Positions 49,233 to 58,439 of a stretch of 64,000 nt of DNA are shown here, piece after piece (within the stretch, counting starts at the first letter, position 1; every line of letters starts with the position of its first letter). The translations under genes were made by a program, and so were the position numbers. The notes under the pieces were generated by a model, which saw nothing but the letters and a program-made list of their open reading frames with translations, was not told the origin of the DNA and did not search any database. Source of the DNA: Armatimonadota bacterium. GTDB lineage: Bacteria; Armatimonadota; HRBIN16. The DNA lies in NCBI GenBank assembly GCA_963677485.1, contig OY781964.1, positions 4,896,001 to 4,960,000 of the forward strand. The letters are read 5' to 3'.

Positions 49233-49245
49233 CTGTTTCTCCTAA

Positions 49246-49836
49246 CTAGACCGGGGCCTCTATGCCCATAATGCGTATCTTAATGTCGCTCTTATTCTGC
49301 ACCGGTGTGCCCGCAGGAACAGTGAACCTGCGCCAAAACGAGAGCGTCACGTCATGTAGTTTGTCACCTAGGGTTAGCTCTGCCCCAGGTGTCGCCCCGT
49401 CAAGTGCCGCCTGCGAGAGAGCAAGCTTGCACCAGGACGATTCATCAGTGTCAGCAGAGTCCACAGGCAGCACCTTGAGAGCGGTGAAGCTCAGTGCGGA
49501 GTAGACCGCAGTGCCGCTGGTATGCACTGCAGCTATTGTCCCGTTCTGGCCGCGCTGCACGGTGAGGCTTGTGCTGCCTCCCCCTGCGGTGATCTTCATC
49601 TGCTCAGTTTCCACGATAATGGTGTCACCACTCACAAACCTGGCTGCAGCGATCGTGACGGCCGTCTGCACCGCTGTGATATTTGCGGCAAGCGTGCTCT
49701 GCTCATTGGCGACGAAAAGTTCACGCTCTTTTGTCTGGCCGTCGGTGCCGTTATATGTGTCCGAATCAGGGCTGACAAGCGTGCCCTCAGATATCTGCTG
49801 CGTAAGCGCAGCATCCTTATATAGATGTATAGCCAA
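49246..49836 (-). CDS. Hypothetical tail-associated structural protein
   Basis: EQMKIT...LTVQRGQNGTIAAVH motif seen in phage structural proteins; operon context. Confidence 0.55.
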   Translation of the reverse strand: MAIHLYKDAALTQQISEGTLVSPDSDTYNGTDGQTKERELFVANEQSTLAANITAVQTAVTIAAARFVSGDTIIVETEQMKITAGGGSTSLTVQRGQNGTIAAVHTSGTAVYSALSFTALKVLPVDSADTDESSWCKLALSQAALDGATPGAELTLGDKLHDVTLSFWRRFTVPAGTPVQNKSDIKIRIMGIEAPV

Positions 49837-49848
49837 AATGCGGCTCTC

Positions 49849-50925
49849 CTATTCCTGTGGCCACTGAGTGACCGTGTAGAGGTTCGCAGCGGCTTCAATA
49901 CCTGGTGCTACGAATCCTGAGATATCTATCTGCCTGAACACAAACCGGTAAGAAAGGTCCGCGTGTGCCAGTTTTGAGCGGTTCAGATGCGTGCGAGTCA
50001 GGCGGGACAGGCAAGACAGGCGAGAGATAACCGCCTTATCGCCCAGCGGCCCCATGTGCAGCCCCACGTCGACTTCACATTCAAGCTGCAGCCGCCTTCT
50101 GGAGAGTTCCACACGCTTGATCTTGTCTGTTCCAAGCACAAAACAGCCTAGCTTATTGCCAGCCGTTCGCCCGTGCCAGCGGTTAATGATCACGCCTGCC
50201 CCGGTAAAACCCTGTGTCTGCACGCACTGCTGAGTGACCCCCCAGTAGCTCCAGGTGTTCTGCTTCTTTGTCAGTTTGTAACCGAAGTTTACTTTATGCT
50301 GACCCAAAGTAAACACGTCCCTGATACGAGCCGTCGAGTGCAAATCTACCGTTCGTCGAAGGGTTGCAGAGATATCACTGCCCACCGTCTGTCCAGACAA
50401 AAGCCACTGCAAAAAGATTACCCGCGTTCCCGCAGGATGCTGGGTGGACAGAACACGGCGCATCTCGGGCACGATGGATCTGCTCTCCACCCGGTAGACA
50501 CCCAGGCTATAAAGCTGGCCGCAGAGTTTGGACTGAGCAATCACAGCTCGTTTGTTCAGCCGCAGCGCCCCTCGGAAAGTCTCCTCTATCGCCCCTTGCC
50601 AACCCGCGTTTTCCAAAGCACGGCGGACCGCTGGCATCGAACCCTTACGCCGGTAATGTGCGATCACTTCCTTTATCTCGCTGCGCTGGGTGTCGGGGCC
50701 CCTAAGTGGGTCAAAGCAATAACCTACTGTGGCCGCAAGCAGCGGTAGGTATCTTGGGTCACAGCTGTCTACGTCCCATATCTCCGGTAGCTTTTCGATG
50801 AGCTCCTTTATCTCGTCAAGCGTCGCCGCTGGGACCCCCAGGAAGGCGCGAAGATCACCCTCAGTGTCGCGCTCCCTGTAGATGGCCGGTAAAAGCTCCA
50901 GCAGCTTCTCCTGGAAGTAGCTCAC
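49849..50925 (-). CDS. Baseplate wedge protein, P2 gpI-like
   Basis: LLELLPAIYR, YLPLLAATVG, YRRKGS and HPAG motifs; follows the gpJ-like gene; basic C-terminal extension. Confidence 0.82.
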   Translation of the reverse strand: MSYFQEKLLELLPAIYRERDTEGDLRAFLGVPAATLDEIKELIEKLPEIWDVDSCDPRYLPLLAATVGYCFDPLRGPDTQRSEIKEVIAHYRRKGSMPAVRRALENAGWQGAIEETFRGALRLNKRAVIAQSKLCGQLYSLGVYRVESRSIVPEMRRVLSTQHPAGTRVIFLQWLLSGQTVGSDISATLRRTVDLHSTARIRDVFTLGQHKVNFGYKLTKKQNTWSYWGVTQQCVQTQGFTGAGVIINRWHGRTAGNKLGCFVLGTDKIKRVELSRRRLQLECEVDVGLHMGPLGDKAVISRLSCLSRLTRTHLNRSKLAHADLSYRFVFRQIDISGFVAPGIEAAANLYTVTQWPQE

Positions 50926-52334
50926 AGTGTAACCCTGTTCATGTCCAGATTAGTCTCACCGAGTGTCGGCAGCTCACCAGCACCGATATCTATGTCAGAC
51001 GTGGGGTAAATCATCTTCACGTGGCTCACCCCGCGCACACCACCTAAAACAAGCACGAGATCCGAGAAATGCACAGACTGTCCGAATGACATCTTCGTAA
51101 ATGAGAAGAAATCACGAAGTGCCGCTTCTGCCTGGCTTCGCACACCGTTCATATCTGCCGAAGGATTTACATAAAGCTCAGCGCAGATATCCACAGGTAT
51201 GTAAATCGCGTCAAACAGGTTCACCTCAATAGTGAGCACTTTGCGGGATTCGATAAACTCAGCAAGCTCACTCTTGAGCACGGGTGAAGGAACACCACCA
51301 CCGTCCGGCGCAATGCTCATATTTACCTGGTAATAGCGGATTCCGGCGTCATCGTTGTGGTCGAGTACCTGCACTTTCGCCACACCAGCAAAGCCTTCAG
51401 CAAGAGCCTTGTAGTCATCCTTGGTGACCGCCTTCCAAAGTGAACGCAGTTCAGCTGGGGCCTGCAGCTTAGCATGTTCCAGGCTTTCACGCTCAGAGCC
51501 GCCTGTGCTTGCGGTGGTGTTGGTCACAGACAGATCGATCCGTGTGCCGTTTTGAGTGACAGGGCTGAGTATCTCCGTCACCAGTCCGCGAGCGATGTTT
51601 CCAGATGCGCCCAGTGTTTCGAGGTACTCAACTTCGACCGCTTCGTTAGCCGGGGGTATCGCGCCGTGAACTGAGTCACCAAATACCACCCAGCACCCGT
51701 TTAGCCCGTCTGTCTCTACCTGGTAGTGAAATGATTCGCAGCCGCTGTCCGCAAAAAGCTGCACCTCATTCCAAGCACTATTCCCCACTCGAAGCTGCAC
51801 GCTGCCCTGGGCAACACTTGTAGACGATAAAGCAAAACGCTGGCCACGCGTTCCGGTCGAGATGAACTGCTCACTCTTTCTCGCGCCTTGACGCGCAGCA
51901 GAATCTACCCATAATTGTCCACGGGGTATGACTGCATCATCTATCGTCTCAAACTGAGCGTCTCCGTCATCCAGCCTGGCGACGCAGATTATTCCTGCAG
52001 CGATAGTTACATCATCCGTCATCACTGAGCCCAAGCTGAACCTCAGCGTGGTCGTTGATGCCACAGGGCTGTCAAGCTTGTAGCCGATCAGCTTGCACAG
52101 ATTGATCACATTCTGGCGCTGCCTCGCAGTTGGCAGAAAAGCCTCCGCTGCCTGCGCGTCAAGGTAGTAGGCGAGCATGTCAGCCGTGCCGCAGAATAGC
52201 TCAAGCAGCACTACCCCCAGGTCCGACTCGTTGAAGTCGGTCCAGCGCTCAGTAAGTAGCGGAATACGGCTAAGCAGTTCCTGGCGAAGCGATTCGTAGT
52301 CTTTGTTTGTGTACGAGATACTCGCTCTACCCAT
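50922..52334 (-). CDS. Baseplate J / gp6-like wedge protein
   Basis: YTNKDYESL, WTDFNESDLGVVLLELF, AKLQAP...AVTKDDY and FGDSVHGAIPP. Confidence 0.92.
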   Translation of the reverse strand: MGRASISYTNKDYESLRQELLSRIPLLTERWTDFNESDLGVVLLELFCGTADMLAYYLDAQAAEAFLPTARQRQNVINLCKLIGYKLDSPVASTTTLRFSLGSVMTDDVTIAAGIICVARLDDGDAQFETIDDAVIPRGQLWVDSAARQGARKSEQFISTGTRGQRFALSSTSVAQGSVQLRVGNSAWNEVQLFADSGCESFHYQVETDGLNGCWVVFGDSVHGAIPPANEAVEVEYLETLGASGNIARGLVTEILSPVTQNGTRIDLSVTNTTASTGGSERESLEHAKLQAPAELRSLWKAVTKDDYKALAEGFAGVAKVQVLDHNDDAGIRYYQVNMSIAPDGGGVPSPVLKSELAEFIESRKVLTIEVNLFDAIYIPVDICAELYVNPSADMNGVRSQAEAALRDFFSFTKMSFGQSVHFSDLVLVLGGVRGVSHVKMIYPTSDIDIGAGELPTLGETNLDMNRVTL

Positions 52335-52785
52335 GCCGATCTGCTCCGCTCGGGGTGGTTATTTGGCCGCCTAGAATTTCGTCACGGTAAAACGGGTAGA
52401 CCAGATTACCAGCCACCTGCGTGTCTATCACCCGGTAGGCTATACATATATATAATGTATGCTGGTCTATCGCCCCCGACGTCTCGTCGAAGGTGACCTC
52501 GGTGACCACAATACGCCGCTCCCACCGCTCCAGAGCATCTAGCACGTAGTGGCGCAGCAGCCCTTTCAGCACCTGATCGCTCGGTTCAAACACCAGCTCC
52601 CTGAGATAGGAACCAAATTCGGGACACATAAAGCGTTCGCCCGGGCGCGTGCCAAGTATTTGCAGAATGCTCTCATGGATGTGCGCATGGTCCCTTGAGG
52701 TCACTGTGGAGACCTGCGCACCGCCGCTCCGCCTGGCAAACGCAAACGGAAAGCGTAGCCCCTTGCCTAGATGATCCATACTCAT
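52327..52785 (-). CDS. gp25/gpW-family baseplate protein
   Basis: LGKGLRFPF, ILGTRPGERFMCPEFGS, WERRI and NLVYPFY. Confidence 0.93.
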   Translation of the reverse strand: MSMDHLGKGLRFPFAFARRSGGAQVSTVTSRDHAHIHESILQILGTRPGERFMCPEFGSYLRELVFEPSDQVLKGLLRHYVLDALERWERRIVVTEVTFDETSGAIDQHTLYICIAYRVIDTQVAGNLVYPFYRDEILGGQITTPSGADRHG

Positions 52786-53639
52786 AACCGGGGCACCTCC
52801 CCCTCGTTGGTGTCACTGCCAGCCTCATCAGGAAAGCGAATCACCAGATCCAGACCGCTCGCGAGAGACAGATGCACAGAGCCGTCTACCTCGATCATCC
52901 CGGCATGTGTGCTTTCTACCGCACGGAAGCTCTTTGCTCCACCAGAGATGCTCCGCGCCTGCACCTCTTCCCCGACGCCCTCTATGCGGTGTAGCCCTAT
53001 CACGTTCACCGTGCCCGTTGGGTTGCTGAGTATCACAAGCCTATCACTCTGCAATACATCTAGACGAACACCATCAGGCAGCACAGCGCTATACCTACCG
53101 TCAGAGGCGAGTGTCGGTTCTACGTCACTGGGAAGTCCCTCGATACCGCACGACTGATGCGTGACGGTGATGGCCTCACGCACTAATATAAGCTCCATGC
53201 CGCCAGGCAGAACCACTTTGCCGGAACGGGACTGCGCGACAGGTGTCACCTCACCGTCTTCACCGACACAGACCATCGCGCTACCGGGCAGCACCCTTAA
53301 AATCATCCCGTCCGAAAAGCTGAACAACCTGCCCCCAGCCGGCAAGTCGCGAATGGTCGTGCCTGCGGGCACTTCCTTAAAGGGATAAGCATCTGCGTCA
53401 TCGTCAAGACTGCGTAGATACTCACCGGCACTCTGCTCGTGTAAAGCAAGTATCCGCTGCGCCTCCCCCCTCATCAGCTCAGATACTGCAAAGCTCTGTT
53501 CAAGCAGCAGCCGTATAGCCCTCACCTCAGCATTCAGATCCGTGACCACGCCGCTCAGAGCCGTCAGCTCGTAATGGCTCTCAGATGAGCTGGTCTGTTC
53601 AAGAATGAGCTGATATGTGCCCGGTTCTACATAGATCAT
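52782..53639 (-). CDS. Hypothetical protein with N-terminal coiled coil and beta-hairpin-repeat C-terminus
   Basis: Helical N-terminus followed by repeated LPxG/xDG turns (LPAGG, LPGG, LPDG). Confidence 0.6.
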   Translation of the reverse strand: MIYVEPGTYQLILEQTSSSESHYELTALSGVVTDLNAEVRAIRLLLEQSFAVSELMRGEAQRILALHEQSAGEYLRSLDDDADAYPFKEVPAGTTIRDLPAGGRLFSFSDGMILRVLPGSAMVCVGEDGEVTPVAQSRSGKVVLPGGMELILVREAITVTHQSCGIEGLPSDVEPTLASDGRYSAVLPDGVRLDVLQSDRLVILSNPTGTVNVIGLHRIEGVGEEVQARSISGGAKSFRAVESTHAGMIEVDGSVHLSLASGLDLVIRFPDEAGSDTNEGEVPRL

Positions 53640-53644
53640 ATGAA

Positions 53645-54361
53645 CTAACCTCCTATCGGGTGAAGAGTGATGCCGCTGACAAACCAGCCATCAAACTTCT
53701 GGTAGAGCTGGTCCCTGGTGTCCCAGTGGAAGCGCAGCGACACAGTTTGCCCCGTGTAGGCAGACATATCGATGCTTTCCGCGTGGCGCATGATGACAAA
53801 CGGCCCGAGCGGTATTCTGGCAGAACCGATTACCGGGTTGAACCGTCTCACTTTCCTCTTATTGATATAGAGATCCAGTGTGTCCATCGTGTCAGGATTC
53901 ATGCTCTCAATCTCCCCCCACACCTCGAAAGTGAGCATATAGTCACGGTCCAGATGGACACCACGCGTCAGGTCGCCCTTGACCTGGACATTACATCCGT
54001 AGGCGTCGTACCACTCCGTGAAGTAGTGGAAGTTCCACGTGCCGCCTGTCAGCTCACGCACATAACCGGTGGATGTCCAATCTGTCGGCACCACGCTGCG
54101 CTTCATCTCCAGCTGCACATATCTGCGAGAGACGACCATTTCGTCACGACTTGCCTCGACGATGATCATGGCGGCACCGGGTGAAACGCCGTAGGTTAAC
54201 TGCCCGTTCTCAACCCTCGCGAGGAGGGGGGCCGTAGAGTGGAACGAAATCTCACCACACGGCTCACCCAGTATAGCAAAAGGCACAGACTTCGCTTCGC
54301 CGTCCCACTGTTCACTAATGCTGCGAGGTGACACGTCCCAGTAGTTGTAAGCCGTGCTAAT
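53645..54361 (-). CDS. Ig-like plus jelly-roll adhesin-like protein; start probably at ATT 54361 (ORF track: GTG 54334)
   Basis: N-terminal domain is paralogous to the upstream gene. C-terminal IDMSAYTGQTVSLRFHWDT...GWFVSGI resembles cleaved-adhesin/MAM-type beta-sandwich domains. Confidence 0.6.
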   Translation of the reverse strand: MSTAYNYWDVSPRSISEQWDGEAKSVPFAILGEPCGEISFHSTAPLLARVENGQLTYGVSPGAAMIIVEASRDEMVVSRRYVQLEMKRSVVPTDWTSTGYVRELTGGTWNFHYFTEWYDAYGCNVQVKGDLTRGVHLDRDYMLTFEVWGEIESMNPDTMDTLDLYINKRKVRRFNPVIGSARIPLGPFVIMRHAESIDMSAYTGQTVSLRFHWDTRDQLYQKFDGWFVSGITLHPIGG

Positions 54362-54639
54362 TAGCCCCCACCTGTGCCGTAGTCATCCACACTGATATGC
54401 ACGTATCGTGCACTGAGTAGCTCAGCGTTCTCGTAGACCGTCACGAAGGTCGCACCAGCCACTTGGCCAAGTGTCACCTTGCCAAACTCGCTAACTGTAG
54501 CGATATTGATGTTTTCACTCATAAATAGTACATCGCCTCTTGGTTCCCCCCGAACAGACAGCGGGATGGTCACAGGAAACTCAGAGAGCGAAATCTTGAT
54601 ATTCTTCGGGAATACATCCCAATAGTTTACTGTTTCCAT
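54361..54639 (-). CDS. Small Ig-like (Big_2-like) protein
   Basis: FMSENINIATVSEFGKVT matches the SSNxxVATVxxxGxVT pattern. Confidence 0.6.
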   Translation of the reverse strand: METVNYWDVFPKNIKISLSEFPVTIPLSVRGEPRGDVLFMSENINIATVSEFGKVTLGQVAGATFVTVYENAELLSARYVHISVDDYGTGGG

Positions 54640-54646
54640 ATTCGTC

Positions 54647-54913
54647 TCAGTTCTCACAGACATCTAGGCTGCCGGTCACAATGACCGCTCCGCAGCCAGC
54701 TATATCGCCAAGTCCCGCACTGGGACTGCCGTCAGTTGATATGCTTATACTCCCTGTCACTATTCGGGTCACGCCGTGACCGGGAACGGGGCACACATGC
54801 ATGTCACCCATTCGCGCCACCGGTCGGCCGCCCGTGATGACCGAAAGCGAACCGGTGATGATCGTGCCGCCGTGACTGGAAATGTCGCCAAGTCTTGCCT
54901 GTACCCCTGCCAT
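54647..54913 (-). CDS. PAAR-domain spike-tip protein
   Basis: QARLGD..SHGG, PVARMGDMHVCPVPGHG and CGA motifs; GGAGG RBS before ATG 54913. Confidence 0.92.
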   Translation of the reverse strand: MAGVQARLGDISSHGGTIITGSLSVITGGRPVARMGDMHVCPVPGHGVTRIVTGSISISTDGSPSAGLGDIAGCGAVIVTGSLDVCEN

Positions 54914-54915
54914 GT

Positions 54916-55314
54916 TCAGTTCCTCCCAAAATAGTTGATAATCCCGCTTATGATGCCGCTCAGAATGCCGCCTAAGGTGATAACAAGCCCTATCACCTTC
55001 CACATCGTGTCAGATCCGACCTTGCTCTCAACGGCAGCATGCAGACTCGTGATCTGCTCAGCATGACGCGTAAGCTCATCGTGGATGCCGCGTACGATAA
55101 GGTCGACGTTTTCCTTGTCTGATTTCTTTTCTATCTCTCGTTCAATCTTCTCGAGCCGGTTCTGGATATCCCGGCGATGCTCCTCAAGGATCGATCTGAA
55201 CTCTGAACGCCAGGCATCAAAAGTCTTTGCAAGCATCCTTTCACTGTCCACCCATCCGCATTTGGTCGGCCCCTTACACTGGGTTTGTGTTGACACCTCC
55301 TGTATCTCACTCAT
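54916..55314 (-). CDS. Coiled-coil protein with C-terminal TM helix (holin/XhlA-like candidate)
   Basis: IQNRLEKIEREIEKK coiled coil and MWKVIGLVITLGGILSGIISGII TM segment. Confidence 0.55.
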   Translation of the reverse strand: MSEIQEVSTQTQCKGPTKCGWVDSERMLAKTFDAWRSEFRSILEEHRRDIQNRLEKIEREIEKKSDKENVDLIVRGIHDELTRHAEQITSLHAAVESKVGSDTMWKVIGLVITLGGILSGIISGIINYFGRN

Positions 55315-56345
55315 GGGTTGATTAGCACCTTTCTTAGCGACTTAACAACTATATGTCCTGTCACCCCGTCCATTATGATTTGGCTTCCAGCCCGGTCTTT
55401 CATCCGGATCTGCTGCCTACCAGCAGCCGACATCATTCGAATCTGCTGGGTGCCGCCAAGCCCCCATATGGAGATGCTCTCACGGCCCTTGGTGGTGTCG
55501 ATAAGAATCTTCTGCCAGCGGCCACGCGTCTTGTCGCAGGAGAGAATGTGAATCTTCTCCTTGTCATGCCAGGCTTCCAGGCGTATGGACTGGTGGCAGG
55601 CATCTGTCAGCTCAATGAACGCCTTGGCGCCCTTGATGTCCCGTGCGATATCGATAGGCTGAGCTGACACATCAGCACTAGATTCGTTGCTTAACGAGCC
55701 AGATTCTGCATCATAAGTCCCACGCCTGCGACTGTTACCGCTCTGAACCTCCCGCTTCACAGGGCCGTCCATATGCAGGATTTGTCCTGCCCGGTCTATG
55801 ATCTTCAGGAACTCCTCTTCGTCCCGGTCATCCATCACGATGGTGTGGCCGGTCTCGGTCTTTATGAGCACTTTGCGCCGCGGGCAGTAGTAGTCCGGGT
55901 GAGAATGAAACTTCCGGTGCTCCTTGTTGTCCGAAGCGTCTGAGGCGTGTTCACACTTGTCTTCGCAGTCAAGGCACGTGGTTTCTTTGCACAGCCGCGC
56001 TGCTTCCTCCGGCTGCTCGCCTGGGTTGGACTTCGCTAGCCACACGCCACTCCAGATGGGATACTGCGGGTCGCCGCCTTCAAACTCTGCCCAAACACTA
56101 GCCCCCTCTTCAGGCACCAGGAACATACCGGTATCGTCGCTACCGCCATACGGAAAGCAGGGCCATGCCCAGTCTGAACTGTTCTCATCACCGACTCCAA
56201 GCACTGCAGGCACTTCCATTCGGCATCTGCCCAGTCGCTCTGGGTCGTTGTTGTCTCGCACAAAGGCGCGGTACTTGCCGTACCACTTATTCTTGTAGCG
56301 CTCTTCGTGCTGCTGATCTTCAAACTGGTTTTCAAACTCTGGCAT
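55311..56345 (-). CDS. Central spike protein (gpV/gp5 OB-fold plus beta-helix)
   Basis: YGKYRAFVRDNNDPERLGR, WAWPC, VPEEGASVWAEFEGGDPQYPIW and KTETGHTIVMDD. Confidence 0.92.
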   Translation of the reverse strand: MPEFENQFEDQQHEERYKNKWYGKYRAFVRDNNDPERLGRCRMEVPAVLGVGDENSSDWAWPCFPYGGSDDTGMFLVPEEGASVWAEFEGGDPQYPIWSGVWLAKSNPGEQPEEAARLCKETTCLDCEDKCEHASDASDNKEHRKFHSHPDYYCPRRKVLIKTETGHTIVMDDRDEEEFLKIIDRAGQILHMDGPVKREVQSGNSRRRGTYDAESGSLSNESSADVSAQPIDIARDIKGAKAFIELTDACHQSIRLEAWHDKEKIHILSCDKTRGRWQKILIDTTKGRESISIWGLGGTQQIRMMSAAGRQQIRMKDRAGSQIIMDGVTGHIVVKSLRKVLINP

Positions 56346-56362
56346 GGCCCGCTTATCTCCTC

Positions 56363-56674
56363 CTACAGTCTGCGAAACAGTTCAGTTAGAATTCGGTTAA
56401 CGACTGTTCGCTCGGTCTTTTTAGGATCCACCTTAGCGACGGAATCGCGGATGGCATCTTTGGCCACACTGGTGAGAGCCGTTGACGTATCAGCGACCTT
56501 GCCTTTGACGTCCCCTGCACCCACCTGCTCAATGACACCGATCACCGTGTCCAGTGCCTGTGCTTGACCGCGTCCCCATGCGGTGATTTTCACCGTGGTG
56601 AGTAGCGAGATAAGAATCATGAGAATCATGTCCTTATGCTCGTGAAGAAAAGCTCCGATTTCGTTGGTCTCCAT
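56363..56674 (-). CDS. Small membrane protein (holin-like candidate)
   Basis: One N-terminal TM (MILMILISLLTTVKITAW), charged C-terminus, GGAGG RBS. Confidence 0.5.
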   Translation of the reverse strand: METNEIGAFLHEHKDMILMILISLLTTVKITAWGRGQAQALDTVIGVIEQVGAGDVKGKVADTSTALTSVAKDAIRDSVAKVDPKKTERTVVNRILTELFRRL

Positions 56675-56707
56675 TACCTGATTGCCTCCTCGATGTTTAT
56701 CTTGCTA

Positions 56708-58039
56708 TTAATCTAGAATTCGTCCGGTGTTCGCGTCGATACGAACCATCTTTGGTTTCGGTGTCACCGGTCTAGCCTGTTGGTTCAGTTTGGCCGCATT
56801 GGTGGTTACCGTCTTAGGTGCCACCTGCCGCGTAGGGTGCCTAGGCGCTTCGTGTTCATTGCGCTTGCCCTTAGCCTCTGCTGCTTTGCTGCCAGCCCCC
56901 TTTCCGAGTGCATTTCGCCTCAGTTTCAGTTCGCATGAGTAGCCTTCACCAAATACGTGGCGCACCGCAGTGCAGTAGTAGATGCCGGAGAACTTCCGGC
57001 CTACTCCCGTTATCTCGATGTTCTGCTTTGCCGTAAGTGACGGGATGCCAATGGTCACAGCGCTGGCCTCGACCTGTTTTAGCTCCCCCGCCTTGAAAGC
57101 GCTGTCCGCCTTGTCCTGGGCAGGCTCTTGCCGAGGCTCTTCATGGAAGCTTTCGGACCTGTCGTAGCTTGGAACAATCTTGCCGGTTTCGCCTTTACGG
57201 TATTTGAGTTCACCGCTATTCCCGTCCACAAGGTAGGTCTTCTTACCGAGTGAGATTCGCTCAGATGTGTTCGCGTTGCTCGCTGCGTGTAGAGTGGCTC
57301 CTTTCCTGCGCGGGTCGACACCGACCGCCTTAGTCTCGGTGCCGGCACCTTTGGCGCCCTGCGACGCCGTAGACGGAGTAAACGAGCGCAGCACCCCATC
57401 GCGGCTCGTAAAGTATTCAAGCACTAAACCCGGCCGCGCCTCAAGTTTACGAGGATGAAAGTGCAACTCATTATCTTGCACGTAGAATACGAAACCCGCA
57501 GTGCCGCTCCCCTCCTTATCGCGGCTACTGCTGGCAAGCTGCTTTAGTAACAGCGCGTCGGAGATACCACCCTGTGCCACTCTTAGGTGCCGACCCACGC
57601 TCTTTGTCACGACTGGTATGAGCCCGTGTTCGGTCGCGATCTGCTGCGCAATCTCCGAGTAGAGAATGCCGGGAGCCGGTTTCTGCCATACGCGCTGCAT
57701 CTGTTTACCAGAGAGCTTATGTCCCTTGTCGTACGCCTTGACCCTGATGCTTGGCTCTCCACTTTCTGGGAAGTCATAGTCGATATCCTTGATCACCGCC
57801 ACTTTCCTCGCCGAAAGCTCACCCGCATAACCGAAACGTGCCACGATCTCATTGCCCTCCTGAAGGAGCGGATCGTCCACAAACTGAAGATTTCGGTCGG
57901 TGATCGTGATCTCCATCACATCCATCTCCTGTTCGTTGTCCTCGAACACGAACGAGCATATCTCGCTAGTGATATCTCTTGAGAGATGTTTGCCTTCGAT
58001 TTCAATAATAAATACGGGTTCGTATTCGTCCAGTTTCAT
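56708..58039 (-). CDS. Baseplate hub protein (phage late control D / gp27-like)
   Basis: FGYAG, YSEIAQQIA, VAQGGISD..LL..LA, FYVQDNELHF and IEITGVGRKFSGIYY...VRH. Confidence 0.9.
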   Translation of the reverse strand: MKLDEYEPVFIIEIEGKHLSRDITSEICSFVFEDNEQEMDVMEITITDRNLQFVDDPLLQEGNEIVARFGYAGELSARKVAVIKDIDYDFPESGEPSIRVKAYDKGHKLSGKQMQRVWQKPAPGILYSEIAQQIATEHGLIPVVTKSVGRHLRVAQGGISDALLLKQLASSSRDKEGSGTAGFVFYVQDNELHFHPRKLEARPGLVLEYFTSRDGVLRSFTPSTASQGAKGAGTETKAVGVDPRRKGATLHAASNANTSERISLGKKTYLVDGNSGELKYRKGETGKIVPSYDRSESFHEEPRQEPAQDKADSAFKAGELKQVEASAVTIGIPSLTAKQNIEITGVGRKFSGIYYCTAVRHVFGEGYSCELKLRRNALGKGAGSKAAEAKGKRNEHEAPRHPTRQVAPKTVTTNAAKLNQQARPVTPKPKMVRIDANTGRILD

Positions 58040-58080
58040 GTCATCCGTCCTTGGGGCAAATAATCAATCCCCCCACTTAA

Positions 58081-58111
58081 TATTTACGTGCGATTTTTAG
58101 AAAGTGTCGGA
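58081..58111 (-). promoter_or_regulatory. Candidate internal alternative-sigma (late) promoter
   Basis: Minus strand TCCGACA-N16-CGTAAATA in the only gap over 100 bp within the tail operon. Confidence 0.4.
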
Positions 58112-58148
58112 AACACGCTCGCCCTACGGTTCAGCAACGTTACTCATG

Positions 58149-58439
58149 CTATCCGAGCACTTTCATCTGCACAGTTTCGCGCGATGGGATGCGTAAAATA
58201 GCTCCAGCTTCAAGCTCTAGCGGAAAGGCGATCTCGTTGTAGTCACAGATGACCCACCAGAGCTCCGCGCGGCCAAGATACCGGTACGAAAGCAGATCCA
58301 CGCGGTCACCTTCCACCACGAGGTGAAACTGGTCATCCGCTCGAGGTAAGGTGTCAATGGGCTGCCTTGTACCAAGAAACTCCTGATCTCCGTCGACATA
58401 TAGAACGCACGCGGCATACCTCGAATCCTGCTCTATCAC
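58149..58439 (-). CDS. LysM / P2 gpX-like baseplate protein
   Basis: HLVVEGDRVDLLSYRYLG...LWWVICDYN...LEAGAILRIP. Confidence 0.88.
   Translation of the reverse strand: MIEQDSRYAACVLYVDGDQEFLGTRQPIDTLPRADDQFHLVVEGDRVDLLSYRYLGRAELWWVICDYNEIAFPLELEAGAILRIPSRETVQMKVLG

Noticed and set aside
43099-49836. Diversity-generating retroelement or invertible fibre cassette
   Set aside because: No reverse transcriptase, invertase, or duplicated template/variable repeat seen by eye.
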